The position numbers were made by a program, and so were the translations under genes. Positions 58,103 through 64,000 of a stretch of DNA of 64,000 nucleotides are shown here, piece after piece (the first letter of the stretch is position 1; the number at the start of each line of letters is the position of its first letter). The notes beneath the pieces were generated by a model. The model saw only the letters and a program-made list of their open reading frames with translations, was not told the origin of the DNA and did not search any database. The stretch is from Bacillota bacterium (GTDB lineage Bacteria; Bacillota; Negativicutes; CTSoil-072): contig JAGFZV010000007.1 of assembly GCA_017889545.1 (NCBI GenBank), positions 82,435-146,434 on the forward strand. The letters are read 5' to 3'.

Positions 58103-59359
58103 ATGAACAAACGCATTATCCAGGTCGATGAAAAGCTCCCTTTTTTACAAACCTTTCCCCTTAGTCTTCAGCATCTATTCGCGATGTTTGGCGCTACCGT
58201 TCTCGTCCCCATCTTATTTAAAGTAAATCCTGCCACTATTTTATTATTTAACGGAATTGGAACTCTTCTCTATTTATTTCTCTGCAAAGGAAAGATTCCC
58301 GCTTATCTCGGCTCCAGTTTTGCTTTCTTATCGCCTGTATTCCTTGTCCTTCCCCAGTACGGCTACGGGGCAGCGCTAGGCGGCTTTATTGTAGTCGGTG
58401 CAATTTTTTCATTAGTGGCTCTGAGTATTCGCCTGATTGGAACAAAATGGATTGACGTTGTTTTTCCGCCAGCCGCAATGGGAGCAATTGTTGCGGTTAT
58501 CGGTTTGGAATTGGCTCCAGTCGCTGCCGACATGGCCGGCCTCACTGCGAAAACCTTGGATCCAAAAATCATTACCGTTTCTATTTTCACGTTATTGGTC
58601 ACTGTGTTTGGTTCCGTACTGTTTCGCGGCTTTATGGCCATTATCCCGATCTTGCTCGGCGTTTTGGCGGGATATGCATTATCACTGGGAATGGGAATTG
58701 TTGATGTCAGCAAAGTTGGACAAGCGCCTTGGTTTGCATTGCCAACTTTCTACACACCGGAATTTAATTTCAGCGCCATCGCGATCATTGCCCCGGCTGC
58801 ATTGGTCGTTATTGCTGAACACATCGGTCATCTCCTGGTAACCGGCAACATTGTCGGCCGTGATTTGGCAAAAGACCCCGGATTGGACCGCTCGTTGCTG
58901 GGAAACGGATTATCGACTATGCTTTCCGGCTTTTTCGGATCCACCCCGAATACAACCTACGGTGAAAACATCGGGGTCATGGCAATTACAAAAGTCTATA
59001 GTGTATGGGTTATCGGCGGAGCAGCCGTACTTGCTATCATTCTTTCGTTCGTCGGAAAACTGGCAGCAGCCATCCAAAGTATCCCCGTTCCTGTTATGGG
59101 TGGAGTTTCGCTCTTGCTGTTTGGCGTTATCGCCGCATCCGGTATTCGGATGCTGGTAGATTCTAAAATCGATTATAGCAAGGCACGAAACCTAATTTTG
59201 ACTTCCATCGTATTGATCATTGGGGTCAGCGGTGCACACCTTACAATTGGAAGTGTAACAATGAAAGGAATGGCTCTCGCGACAATCACTTCGATTGTCT
59301 TCAGCCTATGCTTTAAACTCTTGGACAAATGCGGTCTTACCAATGACAATGACCAATAG
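58103..59359 (+). CDS. pyrP: Uracil permease (NCS2 family)
   Basis: Start MNKRIIQ after GGAGG. NCS2 motifs (QHLFAMFGATVLVP...). The ORF-track start 58040 is a TTG inside the attenuator. Confidence 0.85.
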   Translation: MNKRIIQVDEKLPFLQTFPLSLQHLFAMFGATVLVPILFKVNPATILLFNGIGTLLYLFLCKGKIPAYLGSSFAFLSPVFLVLPQYGYGAALGGFIVVGAIFSLVALSIRLIGTKWIDVVFPPAAMGAIVAVIGLELAPVAADMAGLTAKTLDPKIITVSIFTLLVTVFGSVLFRGFMAIIPILLGVLAGYALSLGMGIVDVSKVGQAPWFALPTFYTPEFNFSAIAIIAPAALVVIAEHIGHLLVTGNIVGRDLAKDPGLDRSLLGNGLSTMLSGFFGSTPNTTYGENIGVMAITKVYSVWVIGGAAVLAIILSFVGKLAAAIQSIPVPVMGGVSLLLFGVIAASGIRMLVDSKIDYSKARNLILTSIVLIIGVSGAHLTIGSVTMKGMALATITSIVFSLCFKLLDKCGLTNDNDQ

Positions 59360-59496
59360 AAAAAATACAACTCTCTCTTAACCAATCTGCCATCAGGATA
59401 AAAATAGTCCGTATCACTTTATAGCGTGGTACGGACTAACTTATTATTCAACTTATTATTATGTATTTACAGTTGACCTAGTAAATACTTTAATCC

Positions 59497-59991
59497 TCAA
59501 GACCGGAAATTCGTAAACTGAAGATCAATCGCAATATCAATCTGTCTCAACTTCGTCATCGCAGCCTGAAGATCGTCTTTGTTTTTTCCCGAAACCCTTA
59601 CTTGGTCGTCCATAATCTGAGCCTGTACTTTCAGTTTTAGTTCCTTAATTGCTGCGATCACTTCTTTCGCTTTTTCTGTACTGATCCCCCTTTGAATCGT
59701 GATGACTTGCCGCACAGTTCCCTGCGAGCCGGTTTCTATTTTTCCATAATCAAGACTCCTTAGCGAAATTCCCCGCTTAACGAGTTTGTTCTGCAAAATA
59801 TCAATTACATTCTTCAATTTAAAATCATCGTCGCTGACTACCTTGATCTTGTTATCCTCTACGGTCAAAGAGGATTTACTGCCCCGAAAATCGAACCGCT
59901 GTCCAATTTCTTTTGTGGCTTGATTTACCGCATTATCCACTTCTTGCATATCTACTTCTGACACAATATCGAAAGAACAATCCTTAGCCAT
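59497..59991 (-). CDS. yajQ: YajQ-family (UPF0234) nucleotide/c-di-GMP-binding protein
   Basis: 164 aa. [13 protein letters not shown]...[10 protein letters not shown]. Confidence 0.85.
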   Translation of the reverse strand: MAKDCSFDIVSEVDMQEVDNAVNQATKEIGQRFDFRGSKSSLTVEDNKIKVVSDDDFKLKNVIDILQNKLVKRGISLRSLDYGKIETGSQGTVRQVITIQRGISTEKAKEVIAAIKELKLKVQAQIMDDQVRVSGKNKDDLQAAMTKLRQIDIAIDLQFTNFRS

Positions 59992-59993
59992 TT

Positions 59994-60287
59994 CTATTTA
60001 CCCTCCTTATTTATTATCTGTATTCGCACCCGGATTAACGTATAAAAAAAAGCAAAGGTACCACCGACAGTAAAGAAAAAAGCGACTGGCTTGACTATCA
60101 TCAATTCAGAAGTCGCAATAAGACATAGCAGCAATGCCGTCATATAAGCCAAAAACAACTCTCTGTACCGCGGGCTTGTTATACGCGGCGCGATAAATAA
60201 CCAAACCAAAAAGCCGGCAATAACAATATTGGTATTCTTTAAAAAATCCAAGCTTCCAATCCCCCCTTCAAAAGCATCTTCTGCCAA
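59994..60287 (-). CDS. Hypothetical small membrane protein
   Basis: 97 aa, 3 hydrophobic helices. 2-nt gap to yajQ. No clear RBS. Confidence 0.3.
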   Translation of the reverse strand: MAEDAFEGGIGSLDFLKNTNIVIAGFLVWLFIAPRITSPRYRELFLAYMTALLLCLIATSELMIVKPVAFFFTVGGTFAFFYTLIRVRIQIINKEGK

Positions 60288-60307
60288 AGGAAAAGTGAAC
60301 AGTCCTG

Positions 60308-61219
60308 CTAAGCAGTGGACTGCACACCTTTGCTTGCTGTTGTCAGTCTTACACCGGTAATAATCAACCCTGCTCCAATAAGTTGCGGGCCAGTCAAAGT
60401 TTCACCTAACAATAACATTGCAAAAAGCATCCCGGATAAAGGAATGATGTTGATGAAAATGGCGGCCTTATTCGGCCCCACAACGGATACTCCATGGTTC
60501 CAAAAACAAAACGCCAGAAGACCACTGCCAATAATCATAAAGATCATGCTGCTCCAGCCTAAGGGAGATAATTTCACAGTACCGTCAAACCCTTGCCAAA
60601 CAGCAAGAAGCAATAAACAAATCGATCCAATGGCGCTGGACCATGCAGTTGCCGCCAATGCGGACATTTGACGCATTATTCCCCGGCCTAGAATAGAGTA
60701 GACGGACCAACTGACGCTGGCAACTACCAAAGAAATATCTCCTAAGTTGAAGCTCAATCCACTGATGACTTCCCATGACCCTTTCGTAACCACCGCTCCA
60801 ACACCAATAAAAGATATTCCAATCCCTAATAATTGTTTGAAGTTTAAACGTTCTTTCAAAAATACAGCACATAGAACAGCCGTAAAAACTGGCCCCCCGC
60901 CCACCAATAAGCTCGCATTTGCTGCCGTCGTATGTTGAATACCGTTAAAAAACAAAAAATTGTTTAAAAAAATGCCGGTCAAACCTAATAATATTATTCC
61001 TGGGATCTGTTTACGCGAAGGCAATGCTTTTTTCCCTTCAGAAAACCAGACAGCAATACCTAAAATAATACTAACGCTTCCAAAGCGCAAAAAAGCAGTG
61101 GTTACCGGCAATATTTCATTTACCACAAATTTTGCAGTCACAGCATTAATACCCCACAAAACATTGGTAATAATCAAAAGGATATACACGCCTTTATCTG
61201 TATAAAAAAAGCGATTCAC
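60308..61219 (-). CDS. EamA/DMT-family transporter
   Basis: 303 aa, 10 TM helices, two EamA repeats. Confidence 0.7.
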   Translation of the reverse strand: MNRFFYTDKGVYILLIITNVLWGINAVTAKFVVNEILPVTTAFLRFGSVSIILGIAVWFSEGKKALPSRKQIPGIILLGLTGIFLNNFLFFNGIQHTTAANASLLVGGGPVFTAVLCAVFLKERLNFKQLLGIGISFIGVGAVVTKGSWEVISGLSFNLGDISLVVASVSWSVYSILGRGIMRQMSALAATAWSSAIGSICLLLLAVWQGFDGTVKLSPLGWSSMIFMIIGSGLLAFCFWNHGVSVVGPNKAAIFINIIPLSGMLFAMLLLGETLTGPQLIGAGLIITGVRLTTASKGVQSTA

Positions 61220-61450
61220 AAATTCACTTCTTTCGCATGACCCATAAGGGCATCATCGCTATATATTATAATAATACATACTAATTCGCATTCTCTAAGA
61301 ATTTTACCACTTTATTGAACAGAAAGAAAGTTCTGCTAGCTCTGCAGTGTAAATTTTTCTTCGATGGAACATCTTGTATCATTTAGTCTGAAAGTTGGAG
61401 GGTTTTCCCTGCAAATATAGAAAGCTTATATATAAAGAAGGAGCAATAAA

Positions 61451-62344
61451 ATGCTAAAATTTAGCGTTCCAGGCAATATTGGACCGATCATGCTGCGTGA
61501 TTTTTTACGCAAACATATCAAACTTTCCCTTACCGTTTGGCGCAAGGTCAAAAGGGAAGGTACCATAGAAGTAAACGGTATGCAAGCTTTCCCGGGCTCA
61601 CTCGTATCTTCCGGCGATACCATTCATCTCAATTGGCGCCAAGAATGCAATATTCAGCCGATAAGCCTGCCACTTTCTATTCTGTATGAAGATGATTCCC
61701 TTCTGATCATCAATAAACCCACCGGCATCCTTGTTCATCCTGCTTGCGGCCATTCTGAACCTACGATCGCCAATGGTATCATTCAATATTACCGGAGCAA
61801 AAATTGCCAACATGGATTTCATCCTGTGCACCGCCTCGACCGAAATACTTCGGGTCTCTTGTTGATTGCCAAAACTGCTCATGTCCAACATTTATTGTCC
61901 CGCGGCCAAAATTTACAAATCACTCGACGCTACCTTGCCATTGTAACCGGCGTTCCTTTCCCTGCAGAGGGAAAAATTAATTTGCCGATTGGCCGTCGGC
62001 CGGGGAGTATTATCGAAAGGACCGTATGTCAGGAGGGAAAAGAAGCATTAACATTCTATCGCACTGTACGCAGTTTCCAAAATGCCGGTTTGTTGGAAAT
62101 GGAACTTCAAACCGGGCGAACCCACCAGATCCGAGTGCATCTGTCGCATCTTCAGCATCCTTTGCTCGGCGATGATCTGTACGGAGGCTCTTCCGTCTTC
62201 ATTAATCGTCCTGCGTTGCATTCCTGCCGCCTGGAACTGATTCATCCTATCCGGCAAGAAGCGATGTGTTTCTCTATCCCCTTGCCCGCTGATATGCAGA
62301 ACGTATTAGATGCACTTGAAAGCCAAACAGGTGATGATAACTAA
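61451..62344 (+). CDS. RluA-family pseudouridine synthase (RluC/RluD-like)
   Basis: HRLDRNTSGLLLIAKT catalytic-Asp motif. S4-like N-terminus. RBS AAGAAGGAG. Confidence 0.85.
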   Translation: MLKFSVPGNIGPIMLRDFLRKHIKLSLTVWRKVKREGTIEVNGMQAFPGSLVSSGDTIHLNWRQECNIQPISLPLSILYEDDSLLIINKPTGILVHPACGHSEPTIANGIIQYYRSKNCQHGFHPVHRLDRNTSGLLLIAKTAHVQHLLSRGQNLQITRRYLAIVTGVPFPAEGKINLPIGRRPGSIIERTVCQEGKEALTFYRTVRSFQNAGLLEMELQTGRTHQIRVHLSHLQHPLLGDDLYGGSSVFINRPALHSCRLELIHPIRQEAMCFSIPLPADMQNVLDALESQTGDDN

Positions 62345-62468
62345 TCAGAAAGCCTGATATCTTGGGACACTGACAGTAAATTTTTCTTTCGCTTTATATA
62401 TATTGTAATAACTGTAATTACAATATATATAATATAGATTATTAAAAATTACTATTAGGAGGGGTATT

Positions 62469-63398
62469 ATGCCTTTAGTCACTTCAAAAGAAATGTTTTC
62501 CAAGGCTTACGCCGGCAATTATGCAGTTGGCGCATTTAATGTAAACAATATGGAAATTATCCAAGGGATTGTCGATGCCGCCAAAGAAGAACAGGCGCCA
62601 CTCATTCTTCAAGTCTCTGCCGGCGCGCGAAAATATGCCAAACACGTTTATCTAATGAAACTGGTCGAGGCTGCAATAGAGGATAGCGGTCTTCCCATCT
62701 GTCTTCATCTTGATCATGGTGAAGATTTCGAAATCTGCAAAGCTTGTATTGATGGCGGCTTTACTTCTGTTATGATTGACGGATCCAAGTACTCATTCGA
62801 AGAAAACATTGCGCTTACCAGGCAAGTTGTTGAATACGCTCATCCGCGCGGCGTTGTGGTTGAAGCAGAGTTGGGCAGGTTGGCCGGCGTCGAAGATGCG
62901 GTGAAAGTAAATACCAAAGAAGCCACCTATACCGACCCAAAAGAAGCAGTCGAATTTGTTGAACGGACAGGCGTTGATTCCTTGGCAATTGCCATAGGAA
63001 CCAGTCATGGCGCTTACAAATTCAAAGGCGAACCTTCATTGGATATGGAACGCCTGGAAACCATCACAAAGCTATTGCCCGGTTTTCCTTTAGTTTTACA
63101 TGGCGCCTCCACCGTACTGCCTGAATTTGTAGATAAATGCAATCAATATGGCGGCCAAATCGCCGGCGCCAAAGGCGTTCCGGAAGAAATGCTGTTTGCA
63201 GCCGGAAAATTAGGGGTTTGCAAAATCAACATTGATACTGACCTTCGTCTTGCGATGACAGCATCAATCCGCGAATACCTCGCCTCCAACCCGGCAGATT
63301 TCGACCCACGCCAATACCTGCGCCCGGCACGGGATGCGATTAAAAACATGGTGAAACATAAAATCAACGCAGTTTTAAATTGCAGCGGAAAACTGTAA
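62469..63398 (+). CDS. fba: Fructose-bisphosphate aldolase, class II
   Basis: 309 aa. HLDHG zinc site and TSHGAYKF. Class IIB FBA length. Confidence 0.9.
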   Translation: MPLVTSKEMFSKAYAGNYAVGAFNVNNMEIIQGIVDAAKEEQAPLILQVSAGARKYAKHVYLMKLVEAAIEDSGLPICLHLDHGEDFEICKACIDGGFTSVMIDGSKYSFEENIALTRQVVEYAHPRGVVVEAELGRLAGVEDAVKVNTKEATYTDPKEAVEFVERTGVDSLAIAIGTSHGAYKFKGEPSLDMERLETITKLLPGFPLVLHGASTVLPEFVDKCNQYGGQIAGAKGVPEEMLFAAGKLGVCKINIDTDLRLAMTASIREYLASNPADFDPRQYLRPARDAIKNMVKHKINAVLNCSGKL

Positions 63399-63406
63399 TA
63401 CGCTCG

Positions 63407-63474
63407 CTGCAGTAAATGAAGAGGCTATGCCGGGAAGAAAAAATTCCGGCATAGCCTCTTCATTTACTGCAGCA
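63407..63474. repeat. 28-bp perfect inverted repeat (long hairpin) between convergent genes
   Basis: gctgcagtaaatgaagaggctatgccgg-n12-ccggcatagcctcttcatttactgcagc. No flanking U-tract. Confidence 0.7.
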
Positions 63475-63478
63475 CCGA

Positions 63479-64000
63479 TCACCACCGGCGGCTGGAACCG
63501 CCGCCGCCACCCGATCCGCCGCCATACCCGCCGCCGGAGCTTCCTCCTCCTCGGCCGCCCCGGAACATAGATAATATCAAGAACGTAATCCTTCCGCCAA
63601 AAAACATCCAATCAATCACTAATAATAATAAGCCGCCCACAATAATGAGTATCTGCATCCACCATGGCAGTTGATCCCACCAAGATTCGGCACTAACGGA
63701 AGGAGGCGCAACAGGTTTTGTTTCTGCTTTTAATTCCAGTTTATATTCCTTAGCTACTTCGTCCACAAGCGCTAAGTAACCATTTAAAATCCCTTTGTCA
63801 TAATCACCGTTCTGGAAATATGGAATCATATACATATCTTGAATACGGCCGGTCTTCGCATCGGGCAACGCCCCTTCAAGACCATAACCGACTTCGATGC
63901 GGGATTGACGATCCGAAACCGCGATCAGCATAACCAGGCCGTTATTCAAAGTCTTATCACCAATACCCCAAGTTCTCAGCACGGCCAAGGCATATTCAGA
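63479..64000 (-). CDS. TPM-domain (YgcG-like) membrane protein with a Gly-rich C-terminus; the 5' end lies beyond the window
   Basis: TPM phosphatase-like block (IAVSDRQSRIEVGYGLEG), then a TM helix and GGRGGGSSGGGYGGGSGGGGG. Confidence 0.7.
   Translation of the reverse strand, partial: SEYALAVLRTWGIGDKTLNNGLVMLIAVSDRQSRIEVGYGLEGALPDAKTGRIQDMYMIPYFQNGDYDKGILNGYLALVDEVAKEYKLELKAETKPVAPPSVSAESWWDQLPWWMQILIIVGGLLLLVIDWMFFGGRITFLILSMFRGGRGGGSSGGGYGGGSGGGGGSSRRW

Noticed and set aside
1-64000. Searched for CRISPR arrays, IS elements/transposases, integrases, tRNA/rRNA genes
   Set aside because: No direct-repeat/spacer arrays, no transposase or integrase-like ORFs, and no tRNA-like cloverleaf regions were apparent. 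The window appears to be chromosomal backbone plus metabolic accessory genes.

Overview
This 64 kb window looks like chromosomal DNA from an anaerobic Firmicute (Negativicutes or Clostridia-like, roughly 47% GC). It is densely coding on both strands. I found no rRNA or tRNA genes, CRISPR arrays, or mobile elements.

Gene content, in order:
- **1–3.2 kb:** a partial MBL-fold hydrolase, murB, a YlbF-like protein, trmL and an EamA transporter.
- **3.2–9.6 kb:** an accessory patch with two tandem M20 amidohydrolase paralogues, a LysE exporter, a small ACT-like protein, a DUF1445 hydro-lyase, and a secreted SGNH hydrolase carrying three N-terminal tandem repeats.
- **9.6–11.9 kb:** a DAHP synthase (aroF)–tyrA operon preceded by a tyrosine (UAC) T-box leader.
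- **11.9–18.1 kb:** a seven-gene molybdenum-cofactor cluster (mogA/moaB, moaC, a moaD-like gene, moeA fused to a binding-protein domain, a second moeA, moaA, mobB).
- **18.9–25.5 kb:** an addB-addA helicase-nuclease operon.
- **25.6–29.6 kb:** a GNAT acetyltransferase, endonuclease III, a molybdopterin-binding protein, and a UPF0210/UPF0237 pair.
- **29.7–31.2 kb:** a DUF896 protein and an MFS transporter.
- **31.3–39.2 kb:** a sigma-54 activator followed by a sigma-54-promoter-driven operon (Pct-family CoA-transferase, acyl-CoA dehydrogenase, 4-hydroxybutyryl-CoA dehydratase-family enzyme, MFS transporter).
- **39.3–47.6 kb:** an SsuABC-like ABC importer and an oppABCDF peptide ABC operon.
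- **47.6–50.5 kb:** an [FeFe]-hydrogenase-like protein with an unusual N-terminus, and a stand-alone carboxyltransferase 5S subunit.
- **50.6–64 kb:** a TGS/uridine-kinase fusion, an aminotransferase, a PNPOx-family flavoprotein, prfC, lysC, superoxide reductase, a PyrR-attenuated pyrP, yajQ, a second EamA transporter, an RluA-family pseudouridine synthase, class II fructose-bisphosphate aldolase, and a partial TPM-domain protein.

The two most novel-looking items are the sigma-54-controlled acyl-CoA catabolic module with a radical dehydratase-family enzyme and no obvious substrate, and the non-canonical [FeFe]-hydrogenase-like protein. Coordinates of plus-strand features after about 47.55 kb may be off by 1 nt relative to the ORF track.
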